DNA of 64,000 nucleotides from positions 62,001 through 126,000 of the IMG/VR virus record IMGVR_UViG_3300046171_000252; one strand, given 5' to 3'. A model generated the notes under the pieces. The model worked only from the letters and a program-made list of their open reading frames with translations. It was not told where the DNA came from and did no database searches. Positions 8,801 through 22,800 of the stretch are shown here, one piece after another; within the stretch, counting starts at the first letter, position 1, and every line of letters starts with the position of its first letter. The position numbers and the translations under genes are program-made.

Positions 8801-11800
8801 CATACAGTGATGATTTAACAAGTCCTGGGGCACTTAAAACTAAGACGGCCGGTTTTAATGGCACATTATCGGGAAGAAGTGAAGGTGTAGGTGGTCTGAC
8901 GTTTACTCCATCAACTCCTATAGTATTTAATTCTTCTGTTGAAGTTTATGATAGTAATGACATAACTAAAGGTAGAATAAATGGAGAATCTTATGTTCAA
9001 CATGCAACTGATTCTTTTGTAACAATTGCGAGTGGTAGTGGAACCATTACCACTATGGACTTCTTAAGAACTGATAATGCTGCGAATGACGCTGGATTTG
9101 TTGCTATCAGAGTTGATGGTAACATTTTAACAGATGAAGCATTTTCTGATGGACCATCAATTACTGGATTGACAACATCAACAGGAATAACAACGACATC
9201 AGTTCAGTACCAAATCATAAAAGTTGATAATGATTCATTTAAACTTGCTAATGCTGGAGTTGGTGGAACATCTCCTATAAATTATCAAAATAACAATTTT
9301 GTTAAATTATCTTCAAAGGGAGTTGGATATCAGAATTTCGCTTATCCTGATATTTCTGTTTCTATTGAATTTACATCTGTAGGCGTTGGAACAACTGTAT
9401 CCACCAGAACATTATCAGCAACTCCTTTAGTAAAAGGTAGTATTATTGATGCATACATTTATGAAGCAGGAACTGGATATGGATCCAGTGCTATTAATTT
9501 TGAAAAGAAACCTTTAATTACTTTAAAAAGTGGAAAGAAAGCACAACTAAAACCCATCATAGTTGGTGGAATGGTTGATGTAGTAAATGTTCAGTTTGGA
9601 GGAGTAGAATATTTTTCTGTTCCTGACTTAGAAGTTATAGATTCCAGTGGATCTGGATCTGGTGCTTTATTGAGACCGGTCATATCAACATCCGGAAAAA
9701 TAACAGATGTTAAAATTATTAACGCTGGTATAGGATACTCTAGTACTTCCACTTCCATTAAAGTTGTCCCTAGTGGGTCTGGTGCTATTTTTGACACTGA
9801 AGTTAGATCGTTGAGTGTTAATAATATTCATAAGTATGGAAATGAAATATTAAGAGAGACTAAAAATAAATTACAATATACTATTTCTGGATATTATACT
9901 GAATTGAGATCTGCATTTAAAGATGTTCAAAGTAAAGTTTCTGGAATAATTGGTTGGGCATATGATGGAAATCCGATATACGGACCATATGCAAACTCTG
10001 ATGTGTCGGATACAAGTTCTGGTCCAATACGTTTAGAATCTGGATACACTAATAATTCTTCTAGAATTATTGATAGACCTGTCGGATTTGATGATGGATT
10101 TTTCATTGAGGATTATGAATATACAAATTCTGGAAATTTGGACAGACACAATGGTAGATTTACAAAAACAGTAGATTTTCCTAATGGTGTTTATGCGTAT
10201 TTTGCTACCATTGACAGCAATGGAAACCCACAATTCCCATATTTTATCGGAGACAAATATAGGACAAATACTTTAGAAGAAAATAAACTTTTAAATCAAG
10301 AATTTAATTTTACAAATTCCAATTTACTTAGAAATACTTTCCCATATAAAGTATCCGACCCCTTCTGCAAATAATGATTTTTTAATTGAAACTAATGAAA
10401 TTTCAAGACAAAAATCAGTTATTGAATCTGTTACAGAAGGACCAATAGAAAAAATTGATATTCTCAATTCGGGAACAGGTTATAAAGTAAATGATTCTTT
10501 AAATTTTGATAATAATGAAACTAATGGTGATGGGGTTATTGCAAAAATAACTTCAATTTTAGGAAAAAATGTATATGATATACAAACCTCGATAGAAACT
10601 TATGATGATGCCATTTTTACTTGGAATGGAGAAAATGAGATAAAAGTTTCAATTTTACCTCAACATAATCTCAGAGATAAAGAGTATGTAACTATTTCCG
10701 GATTTAGTAGTGATTTATCTCAATTAAATAATAATTTTCAGATTGGAATCAGTTCTTTCTACTCCAATCTTTCCTCACCAATAGTTGGGTCCGATGCATC
10801 TCCTGGAGCAGCAACTACGGAGATATACGTATCTCAAATTCCAAGTTCCGTTTCTGCCGGAAGCAGTGTTGGAATTGGATCCGAAACTTTACAAATATTA
10901 AATATATTTCCCAATCTGAATATTCTCAGAGTTAAGAGAGGTTTAGTCGGAACTTCTCATACTACCACCACAAAAATTGAATATATTCCAGATTCTTTTA
11001 CAATATCAAAGAATGCGAGTTATTTTGAGTCTTCAGTAAATGATAAAGCATACTTCAACCCTAAAGAATCAGTAGGTGTTGGCACGATTGTTGGAATATC
11101 AAGTGTAATGACTTTTGAATTTGGTGATTCTTCTGTGACAAGAGATATTCTAACACAAAGAATTTATATTGAAAATCATCCATTTATAACCAATCAACCT
11201 GTCAATTTGATTGTTCCGGTTGGTGGCGCAATTTCAATTTCCAACACATCTTTAAGCACTCCATATAATTTACCAATATCAGGAGTTACTACCACAGTAT
11301 ATGTTGTAAAAAAGACAATAAATTCTATTGGTATTAAAACAGGAATTGGAAATGAGTTTAAGGAGGTATTTTTCCGCAATAACGGAACTGATAGTGACGA
11401 ATATTTATTTGAAAGTATTAATCCGCAAAAGAAATCAAAAGTTCAAAGAATTAACTCAGTTGTTTCAATTTCAACTGTTGGTCTGAATACAGTAGATCCT
11501 GGACAAACTTATCATAAATTGTCCTCTGGAGATAAAATTACTTTAAATGTTCAACCTAAAATTTTTGGAGGAATAGGAACGGATACATCAGTAATTGTAA
11601 AGAGAGACACTCTTACTGATAGTCTCATTGTAAATCCAATTACCATTGATCCTTCTAATATTGATTCTGTAACTAATCAGATTACAATCAATTCTCACAA
11701 ATTAGAAACAGGTCAAAAAGTAAGTTATGCTGCATCTTTACCTGCTTCCGGACTATCTACCGGGTCTTACTATGTCTATAGAATAAATGACAATATTATT

Positions 11801-14800
11801 CAACTTTCTGAGACATACATTAACTCTACATCAAATCCCCCCAATGTAGTGAGTATTGCAAACACTGGTGGCGGAACACAAACAATTTCTCCAATAAATC
11901 CAAAAATTAAAATAGTCAAAAACAATAGTTTAGTTTTTGATCTGTCAGATTCCTCTTTAGATGGATATCTATTAAAAATTTATTGTGATAATCAATTTAA
12001 TAATGAATTTGTCTCTACTGGTTCAACTAGTGGAATAACTATTGCGGGTGTAGGAACTGTCGGTGTTAGTGCTAATGCCAAGTTGACTCTCAATTATAAC
12101 ACGGATAATTCTACCAATATTTTACCAGAAAAATTATATTATAACTTAGAAAAATCTGGATATATTAGCACTGCAGATGCCGAGGTTAATAATTATTCGG
12201 AAATAGAATATATTAAAAGTTCTTACAATTCCACATATCCTATTTCGGGAATTGGAGAAACGACATTTAATGTTGCACTTTATAAAATTCCAGAAAAACT
12301 ATCTTATGAATCATCTGAATGCTCTACTTTGGAATATTCTACAACTTCATTAAATGCAGATGGACCAATTGAAAAAATTAATATTGTTTCTGGAGGAGCT
12401 GGATATAAAAAATTACCAAATTATGTTGGTTCTTCAAATACCACAGCAAAAGATGCTAATTTGATTGCATCTTCCAAATCTATTGGTAATACAAAAAATG
12501 TGAGAATAATTAATGAAGGATTTGAATATTCTTCTGATAGAACTTTACAGCCAAAAGCAAATATACCAGCAATAGTTACAATTAAAAATTCAAATACTAT
12601 TGGAATAGTTACAGTTATTAATGGAGGAAAAAATTACACAGAATCTCCAAGAGTAGTGATAGTAGACACTGGTACGGGACAATCAATCGATAGAGGAATT
12701 TTATCAGCAAGTATTGTCGGAAACTCTATTAATTCAGTAGATGTTCTTCAGTCACCTAAAGGTCTTCCTGATAAATCAACAGAATTATTTACTGTAGAGA
12801 ATACAAATGGAATTAGTATTCAAAGAGTCATCCAAGAAACAGACACTAGGTTTGTTTGTAGAATAACAACACCGGCTCTCGGATTTAGTACTAGTTCATT
12901 TAGTGTTGGAGAAAAAGTTTTTATTGAGGGAATTCAAAAAGTTGGTGCTGCAGGTTCTGGATTTAACTCTGAAGACTATGGATATAAATTCTTCACTGTC
13001 AGTGAATATAAAAACTCTAAATTTGTTGGAGGTATCACTCAAGATGAGGTTACAATTGATCTGAGTGAATTTACAACTAACACCGGAACTGCCAAGACAA
13101 TTCAAGATTCTCTTGGAAATATGATTAAAAAATCTGATTATCCAACTTTTGATATTGTTCAAGAAATATCTGAATTTACTTTAGGAGAAAAATTATCTGT
13201 CAATGGACAAAATTCTAACTTAATAGTTTCTGGACTCAATCCAGGATCTATAAAAATTTCTGGAGATGATAATGAAGATATAGTTGTTGGTGATATTCTT
13301 ACAGGACAAGTAAGTTCAAATATTGCTACTATAGATCACATTGTTAGAAATAATGGTAGATTTGAAGTTAGTTTCTCTAATAAAAAAAGAATAGGATGGG
13401 ATAATAACATTGGTAAACTAAGTTCGGACGATCAAGTAATTCCTGATAACGATTATTATCAAAATCTTTCCTATACAGTTAAGAGTCCTATTGAGTGGAG
13501 AGAATTTAGAACTCCTGTTAATAGTCTTGTTCATACTAGTGGTCTTAAGAATTTTGGTGATCTTGGAATATCTTCAACAGCAAATGCTGGTATTGGTAGC
13601 ACAACTGCATTTACTATAGTACGTGATCTTTTAGAAGAACTTAGAGTAGATACCATTTATAATTTTGACAATGTTCTTGACATTGATGTTGTTGGATCTC
13701 AATCTAAATTCTTAAAATTACAAAATAAAAAATTAACTGATTTTACTTTATCAAAAAGTAATGTAGTTTTAAAAATTGATGATATCAGTGATACATTTTC
13801 CAATTCAAATAATATTGAAGATACTGATGTTAAAGATCTTTTTACATTTGCTAATTCAGATTCCTTTGATGATGTTTTGGTTAGAGTAACTAATTCTAAT
13901 AATAGCCAAATTCAATTAGCAGATTTTACTATTATTAGTGATAATAGTGGAGGCAATTTCTTATTAGAAAAAGGAAATATTGCTAATATTGGGTCAGCTT
14001 TAACTTCTGTAGTGGGTGAGGATTATGGAAGTTTTTCTGTGACTGATGCAAATACATTAAGGTTTGCACCCAAAGATCCGGATAATATTGATTATGATTT
14101 TAAATTTATTAAAAATACTTTTGGGTCTGCAACTTCTGGTGTTGGAACTACATCCATCGGATTTATAAATCTAACTGGTTTTAGTGGTGTTGTAACTTCT
14201 GGTGGTTCTGGAATAACCAGTTCTATTATTGGAGTTGCTACTGATAAATTTACTTCATTACATGTTAATACTCAAATTATTCAGTCTAATACAAATGAAC
14301 TGAATTTTGTAGAATTGTATATTACCCACAATGGTACAGATACTTTCTTATCTGAGTATTATTTTGATACTAATGAGAATACTTCATCTTTCAATTTTAT
14401 CGGTTCTTTTGGTGCTGATATTAGTTCTGGAGTTTTAAATCTAAGTTATACTAATGATACTGCAAATGATGTTCAACTGAGATCTAAGATTGTTGGATTT
14501 GGAACCACCTCAATGGGAGTTGGAACACATAGATTTATCTTACCATCTCAACCAGAAGGATCTGAAAGAAGTGCAATAATAAAATCTGCATATGAAACTA
14601 CAGTTTCTGCGGCCGCAACAACAGTCATAAGTTTTGATAGAAATCTATTCAACTCAGTTAAATCTTTAGTTGAAGTAAGTATGGGATCTACAAAAGCAGT
14701 TCATAATGTATTGGCTTTACAAGATAATACTTTTGATAATTATGTTCAACAATCATCTTTCCTTTCTGCTGGAGGAATAGGAGTAACTGATGCACAGAGT

Positions 14801-17800
14801 GGAATGGGAACATTTGGTGTGGAATATTCCGGAGAAAACTTTATACTTAAATTCTATCCAGATGCTGCAATGACATCATCTTTACAAGTTTCGTCTCTCA
14901 ACGAAATGTTGTATACGGAATTAGATTTAAATAATACTGCACCCATTCATCAATATGGCGATATAACACAATCTTTAAATACTGAATTCTATAATGCGGC
15001 AAATGGGAGTAGAATTAATAAAACTGATTTCATAGCACAATCTAACGGAATTCCAATTTTTGGAAAAACTTTTAATCCAACCAACCCCTTACAATTAAAT
15101 CTTAGTACTGGCGTATTTACAATTGACAATCACTTCTTCAGAACTGGCGAAGCTCTTTCATATACTCCTCAATCAACTTTTGTTGGAGTTGGGTCAACTG
15201 CAATGACGTATGGTACTGGAACGCCTTTACCATCAGTTGTATATGCAATTAGAGAAAATGATGATGAGTTTAAACTTGCCACAACTAGAGCAAATGCGGA
15301 AGCAGGTGTAAATGTATCTTTCGGATCATCTGGTGAAGGAAATGCTCACGAATTGTCAATGTTATTGGGTAATGAAAAAACATTAATAACCATAGACAGT
15401 ATAGCACAATACCCACTGAAGTTTACTCCAATTGCACATACACTATCAGGAAACCCTGGAGGTCAGATAGGAACCACATCCACATTTTTGAGTTTAAGTG
15501 GAATTTCTTCAATAACCCCGACAGATTTAATAAAAATTAATGATGAATATATGAAGATTATAAGTGTTGGTGTTGGAACTACAGCAGTTGGACCAATAAC
15601 TGGAATAGGTCAGTCATCTTTAGTTGAAGTTGAGAGAGGAGTAGTTGGTTCCACAGCAACATCTCATTCTGCCGGGAATGAAGTTAGAGTATATAAAGGT
15701 TCATATAATATTTCTGGTAGAAATATTCACTTTGTCGATCCTCCAAAAGGAAACACTTCAGTTAAAAAAGATTTAAGTAATCTCGAACCAGCAAAATCAG
15801 ATTTTACTGGCAGAGTTTATCTTAGAGATAATTATGATACAAATCAAATATATGACGATATTTCTAATCAATTTACAGGAATAGGAGCAACATTTACATT
15901 GACTGTTGGTGGAGCAAACACAACCGGAATTGGAAGTACCGGTGGTAATGGTATTCTGTTTATAAATGGCATTTTCCAGACTCCTTCAACAGCAAATAAT
16001 CCGGATAATAATTTTTCGTTAAATGATGAAGGTACTGTAGGTATAACAAGTGTTACTTTCAGCGGAATAACTTCTACGGATGGAACTAAGTATTTGTCAA
16101 ATACTGATTATAATGCAAATCAATTGCCGAGAGGAGGAGTAATTGTTTCCCTAGGATCCTCTGGTGGACTTGGATATGCACCCCTAGTTGGTGCTGCTGT
16201 GAGTGCCGTAGTTGGTGCCGGTGGTTCTATAGCAGGATTTACCACAGCATTAACTGGTGGTTCTTTTGGGTCTGGATATAATGGAATAGTATCAATAGGT
16301 GTGAGTGTTCATGAGAGTGGGCATACTGGTGCCGCTGCAGTAGTATCAGCAACTGCTCTAGTTGGAGCCGGTGGAAGTTTATCTCTTATCGTAGTTGGAA
16401 ATGGAGGATCGGGATATTCGAATCCAGAAGTAATTGTTTCAGAACCAACTTATGAAGGTCTTGAGATAGAAGGAATTTCTAGATTAGGATTTGGTAATAC
16501 TACACTAACTGGTGTTAATTTATTGGTTGATATTGAGGTAGGTGCTGCAACAACAAGTGGAATAGGTTCTGATACATTTGAAGTTTCAAACTTTAAAATT
16601 GCAAGAAATGGATATGGATTCAGGAAAGGAGATATTATTAGACCAGTTGGTTTAGTCACACATAGTACTCTTTCATCAGCAACTTCCGAATTTTTATTGA
16701 CAGTTGATGATGTATACAACGATTCAATTGGAGCATGGCAATTTGGTGAATTTGATTACATAGATTCAATTAAAAATTTCCAAGATTCTAGTAGAACTAG
16801 ATTCCCACTTTTCTATAATGACGAACTTATAAGTTTTGAAGCACAGGAAGGAACACAAGTAAATCTTGCTAATGCATTATTAATTGTAATTAACGGCATT
16901 ATTCAAGATCCTGGAGTTGCATATTTCTTTGAAGGTGGAACTTCATTCAGTTTTATTGAAGCACCTAAACCAGAAGATAATATTGATATTTTCTTCTATA
17001 GAGGAACCAGGAATGGTGATGATCAATTGGTCACAAGTATCAATCAAACCATCAAACGGGGTGATTTGGTACAGGTTTATAAAAATAATGCAATTGATGG
17101 AACAATATCACAAAATAAAAGAACTGTATTTGACTTATCATTCTCTGATAAATTTGAAACAAACTTATATTCTGGCAACGGAATTGATGAGACAAATTAC
17201 AAACCACTTGCATGGACAAAACAAAAAATAGATAAAATTATTAATGGTGAAATTGTTTATAAGTCCAGAGATTCTATAGAAACACAAGTATTCCCGACTG
17301 CTAAAATTATCAATACGGTAGAAAGTAGCGATACTGAAGTATTTGTAGAAAATTTAGAGTTGTTTGATTATGATTCTGCCAGTGATTTTAGTGGTTTGAT
17401 TGTTAGTGGTTCTACAGATCCAGTAGCAGCTGCTATAACGGCCACTGTTTCGACTGCAGGAACTATCACTGGATATACAATTTCATCTGGTGGTAGTGGA
17501 TATACCTCAATTCCGACTATTTCAGTTGTTGCTCCACCAGAAGTTGGAGTTGGAGTAGGAACAACTGCGACTGCGACTGCCACTATTTCTGCCGGTGCAG
17601 TTTCATCAATTTTAGTTAATAATCCAGGACTTGGATATACGATTGCTCCACAGGTTATCGTATCTCTTCCAAATCCGACTTATGAGAATATATCTAGCAT
17701 TGACGTAATTCAAGGTTTTAGTGGTATTGTTACTGGAATTACTACTGTAAATGCTCAGGGAATAGGAACATTAGCAATTCAATTTAACTTACATAGATTA

Positions 17801-18220
17801 GATAGTATATCAAATTACAATAATCTTGTTGTTGGATATCCAATTTACATCTATGATACTTCAGTCGGAAATGGCGTAACTTCAATTGCTAATAATGATT
17901 TATCTGTTGTTGGTGTTGGTACAACTTTCGTAGATAATGTATACTTCATTCAAGAAATATCTAACGTTGGTCTTGCGGGTTCTATTGTTTGTTATGTAAA
18001 TTCCGGAACTTCAGTTGTTGGTATTGCAACAACATCAAATTCGAGCAATCCTGTTGGAAGATTCTCATGGGGAAGATTTGCTGGAATAAGTAGATCCAGT
18101 TCCCCAGTTTCTATAGCAGTAACTGGAAATACTGTTGATGTTGGATTGACAACTTTCCCAACAATTCAGAGAAGAGGCACTGGACTAAGGGATGGAGGAG
18201 CACTTCCAAAAAATATATAA
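5821..18220 (+). CDS. gp7: Giant baseplate wedge initiator gp7-like protein (~4,130 aa); split by one extra C near 10362
   Basis: N-terminus QLPEFI..FLKQYY..YQSKGT..SFRILF; removing one C from gacccctt gives VSDPSANNDFLIE in frame with ORF 11108-18220; located between gp6 and gp8. Confidence 0.8.
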
Positions 18221-18232
18221 TGACAATTCCCT

Positions 18233-18240
18233 TATAAATA
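18233..18240 (+). promoter_or_regulatory. Late promoter TATAAATA
   Basis: Exact consensus upstream of gp8. Confidence 0.75.
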
Positions 18241-18257
18241 TCTAAAAAACTATTAAT

Positions 18258-19805
18258 ATGGCTGCGGTAGTAACAGATCAATTTAGAATATCAAATGCAA
18301 ATAATTTTGTAGACTCTGTAGCAAATACGAGCAATTCTTATTATGTATTTTTAGGATTACCAAATCCAGCTAATCCAGTATCTGGTTTTGGTAGAACTAC
18401 TTCAGATACTGAATGGAATAGTAATACTCCAACTCCAACAGATAATTTGCAGTTTACTTCACAATATAGAGATACTGCTTTATTCGGAAAAAAAGTGACA
18501 ACATCTAATGTTAGAAGACTTATACGAAAAGTTAATTGGGCTTCTAATACTAGATATGACATGTACAGGCATGATTATAGTATTTCAAATCCTGCCCCCA
18601 ATTCCAATCTAAGTAGATTATATGATACGAATTATTATGTGATTAATAGTGACTTTAGAGTTTATATTTGTATCGATAATGGTTCTTCAGGTTCTAATCT
18701 GAAAGGAAATGTATCAAAGGATGAACCAACATTTACTGACTTAGAACCATCAGCAGCTGGAACTAGTGGTGATGGATATATTTGGAAATATCTTTTTTCA
18801 GTAGCTCCTAGCGATATTATAAAATTTGATTCTACCGAGTATGTTGTAGTTCCTAATGACTGGGCAACAACAACAGATACCCAAATTCAAAGTATTAGAG
18901 AAGCAGGTGATTCTGATATAAATTTGAATCAGATTAAGAAAATATACATTGCTAATGGTGGATCTAATTACACCTCCGGAATTGTGGCAATTAACGGTGA
19001 TGGAAGTGGTGCCAAAGCATTAATTGATGTAAATTCTTCCGGAACAATAACTTCTGCCACTGTAACTGCTGGTGGTAGTGGATATACTTATGGAATAGTC
19101 GATTTAGGATCTCTTCAACCTTCCGGGTCATTGGCAGATCCTGCGAATTTAATACCAATTATTCCACCATCAAAGGGTCATGGTTATGACATCTATACAG
19201 AATTAGGTACAGATAAAATATTAATATATGCCAGATTTGATGATTCGAATAGAGATTTTCCAATTGATACTAAATTTACTCAAATTGGAGTATTAAAAAA
19301 TCCTCAACAATATTCATCTTCTACAATATTTACTGCTAACCAATATTCATCTTTATTTGCAGTAAGATTAAACTCAGTTACATCAACTCCAGTTGTGGGT
19401 GCAGCAATGTCACAATCGGTAAGCGGAGGTGCTGCTAAGGGATATGTTGCATCATATGACGATGAAACTAGAGTATTAAAATATTTTCAAGATAGATCTT
19501 TATACTTTGGAAATACAAAAGATCATACTGATATTGATAATGTCAGTAGTAATAGTAAATTATTATCTTTCGAATCTTCAGGAAATAATATTTCCCCATT
19601 CACCGGATCGATTGATACTGGATTTTCTGGAATTAAAACGACAGTAAATTCTAAGGAAATTAATCTAGGTATTAATTTTACAAATGGACTTGCAAATCCG
19701 GAGATAAATAAGAAGACAGGGGAAATCATTTACATTGATAATAGACCTCTAATTCAAAGAGATTCTCGCCAAAAAGAAGACGTTAAAATTATTCTGGAAT
19801 TCTAA
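18258..19805 (+). CDS. gp8: Baseplate wedge subunit gp8
   Basis: YDMYRHDY, YYVINSDFRVYICIDNG, DGYIWKYL, GEIIYIDNR..RQKEDVKIILEF. Confidence 0.9.
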   Translation: MAAVVTDQFRISNANNFVDSVANTSNSYYVFLGLPNPANPVSGFGRTTSDTEWNSNTPTPTDNLQFTSQYRDTALFGKKVTTSNVRRLIRKVNWASNTRYDMYRHDYSISNPAPNSNLSRLYDTNYYVINSDFRVYICIDNGSSGSNLKGNVSKDEPTFTDLEPSAAGTSGDGYIWKYLFSVAPSDIIKFDSTEYVVVPNDWATTTDTQIQSIREAGDSDINLNQIKKIYIANGGSNYTSGIVAINGDGSGAKALIDVNSSGTITSATVTAGGSGYTYGIVDLGSLQPSGSLADPANLIPIIPPSKGHGYDIYTELGTDKILIYARFDDSNRDFPIDTKFTQIGVLKNPQQYSSSTIFTANQYSSLFAVRLNSVTSTPVVGAAMSQSVSGGAAKGYVASYDDETRVLKYFQDRSLYFGNTKDHTDIDNVSSNSKLLSFESSGNNISPFTGSIDTGFSGIKTTVNSKEINLGINFTNGLANPEINKKTGEIIYIDNRPLIQRDSRQKEDVKIILEF

Positions 19806-19811
19806 AAAACA

Positions 19812-22800
19812 ATGTCACAAAAAACAAATTTAAATATCAATCCATACTATGATGACTATGATTCTGAAAAGAATTTTTATAAAGTTTTATTTAAACCAGG
19901 ATTTCCAGTTCAAGCAAGAGAATTAACAACGTTACAGTCTGTTCTGCAGGGACAGGTAGAATCTTTTGGTAGTCATATATTTAAAGAAGGTTCAGTTGTT
20001 GTACCGGGAAATATCTCTTATGATGGTCAGTTTTATGCTGTAAAACTTAATGCTACTAGTGCTGGAATTGATGTTGCACTGTATATTGAAAATTTTATAG
20101 GTAAAAAAATAATTGGTCAAGAATCGGGCACTACTGCCAAAATTCAACAAATTGAATTTGCCGATAATAATAATTTTGAATTTTTGACAATTTACGTAAA
20201 ATATCTAGACTCTGATAATGATTTTGAGTTTACTCCGTTTCAAGATGGAGAATCCTTATCTTGTGTGGATAATGTAACTTATGGAAACACTACTATTCCT
20301 GCAGAAACAGAATTTGCATCTTTAATCGCATCAGATGCAACTGCTATTGGTTCTGCAGCTTCCATTGGTAAGGGGATTTATTTTATTAGGGGATATTTTG
20401 TAAATGTTTCGCAGCAAACTTTACTTTTAGATAATTATACGAATACACCATCATATAGAGTTGGTTTAAAAATTGATGAGTTAATTTTAGGATCTAAAGA
20501 TGATGAGTCTTTATTTGATAATGCAAAAGGATTTACAAATTTTGCCGCACCAGGTGCAGATAGATTTAAAATAAATTTAACTCTTACCAAAAAATTAATA
20601 TCAGACGTTAATGATACAGATTTTGTTGAACTTTTAAGATTAAAAGATGGTAAGATTCAAAAAATTACCACAAAAACACAATATAATCAAATTCGTGATT
20701 ATATGGCTGAAAGAACATATGATGAATCTGGTGATTATGCAGTAAAACCATTTGATCCATCAGTTCACAATTCATTGAATAATAGACTGGGAAATAATGG
20801 TCTTTTCTTCTCTAATGAATTGACACAACAAAGAAATACACCATCTGAAGATTTGATGTGTTTCAAAATATCTCCAGGAAAAGCCTATGTAAGGGGATAT
20901 GATGTAGAAAAAGTTGGAACTACAATAATTGATGTAGAAAAACCTAGAGATACACAAAAAGAATCTAATGTAACTGTCCCATTTGAGATGGGAAATTTAC
21001 TTAGAGTTAATAACGTTACTGGTGTTCCTCAAAACAAAGCAACAATTCAATTATTAAATAGAAAAACAGGTGATACAGAATCAGTAATAGGTGACGCTAG
21101 AGTATATACCTTTAATCTTACAGATGCTGCATATTCTGGAGTAGAAACAAAGTATGATTTAAGATTATATGATATTCAAACATATACTAAATTATCCCTC
21201 AATCAGAGCGTAGATGCCACTGATATGCCAGAGGGATCTTTTATTAAAGGTAAGAGTAGTGGTGCAAGTGGATTTCTTGTTGGTGCTGGTGCAGGAGCGT
21301 CTGTAGGTATTTTATTGAGACAAACTTCTGGTTCTTTTGCTAAAGGAGAGCAAATAACTGTCAATGGAGTTGATTTCTCAAGAACAATTTCAGATTTTAT
21401 TGAATATGGAACTCAAAATATTAAATCAGTAAAACAGGCAGCGGGTGGTGGTTTTCCTGCATTTACGGCAGATTCAGTTCTTGAAAAATTTAATATGCCT
21501 AATGGAATTTCACAAATATCAATTCCATTAGTTGGCAATTTGGGAAATACTGGTGTTTCAACAGTAACAGTAACAGGAAACGTATTCAGTGGAATAAGAA
21601 CCGATACTCTTATTTCATACCAAAGACCAGGATTTAGTACTGAAACTGTTAATAGAGTTTCTTCTATCTCTGCGGATAAACTTTCTATAGAACTCAGTCC
21701 AGTCAGTGCTGGTGCCGGAATCACTGGTGTTTATGATGGCAAGTTACCTTCTGGAAGTGGAAATCTTTTAGTTACACCACTTGCTCGTGGACCAATTATT
21801 GATAGTGAAAATGCACAATTATTTTCACGATTACCAGATATTAATATTTCTTCTGTAGATTTACTTAATTCAACATTTACAGTTGTTGATCAAATAACTG
21901 GAGAATCTACCGATTCCTCTGGTACATTGACATTTGATCTTTCAAGTATTTCTGGAATAACCAGTGCTTCTTTTGCAACTTTTGATCAGGAGAGATATGG
22001 CGTTCATTATTCTACCGGGATAGCAGGAACAATTACAAGTGATACTTTTGATTTGACAAGTAATGTTGTAACAATTAAAGGATTAAGGGCAAGTCAATCA
22101 AATGTTATTGTAAATACAACTCTTACTAAATTTGGAGTTCAAAGTAAGATTAAACAATATAATAGAAGTCAAACATTAAATATAACAAGATCAAAATATT
22201 CCGATTCTGGAGTTGGTATTAATACTTCCAACAATGATGGACTCAATTTTAACACTCAATATGGATTAAGAGTTCAGGATGAAGAAATTTCTCTAAACTA
22301 TCCAGATGTTGCAAAAGTTATAGTAATTTATGAATCTTTGGGAACAGGAAATCCCACTTTAGATAAATTTCAGTTTACTTCAACTGCTAATGTCCAAACG
22401 AATGCAATAATTGGAGAAAATATAGTAGGAAATTCTAGTAATGCGATTGCTAGAGTTGTTTCATCTCCATCTGCAAATAATTTAGAGTTAGTGTATTTGT
22501 CCGACGATGTATTTAATGTTGGCGAAACAGTAACTTTCCAAGAATCGAATATAATCACAGAAATAGAAACTATTACATCAGGAAGTTATAAAGATGTAAC
22601 TCAATTATTTAAATTAAATAAGGGGCAAAAGGATGAATATTATGATTATTCTAGAATTGTTAGAAATAAAAATGTTCCAGAACCAACTCGTAAATTATTA
22701 GTCATCTTCGATTATTATTCTGTACCATCCGATGATACTGGAGATGCATTCACTGTATTGAGTTATGATGAAGAAAGATTTGCACAAGATATACCAACCA

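Noticed and set aside
8782-9147. Intein in gp7
   Set aside because: No N-terminal Cys/Ser block or C-terminal His-Asn; reported instead as a domain insertion.
10359-10374. Programmed frameshift or pseudogene in gp7 (likewise uvsW and gp46)
   Set aside because: No consistent slippery heptamer or stimulatory structure; mixed +1 and -1 events in homopolymers of essential genes are better explained by sequencing error.
10375-11107. Apparent 730-nt intergenic gap (possible intron or ncRNA)
   Set aside because: It reads open in the frame of ORF 11108 and encodes typical gp7 repeat sequence (ILNSGTGYKVND).
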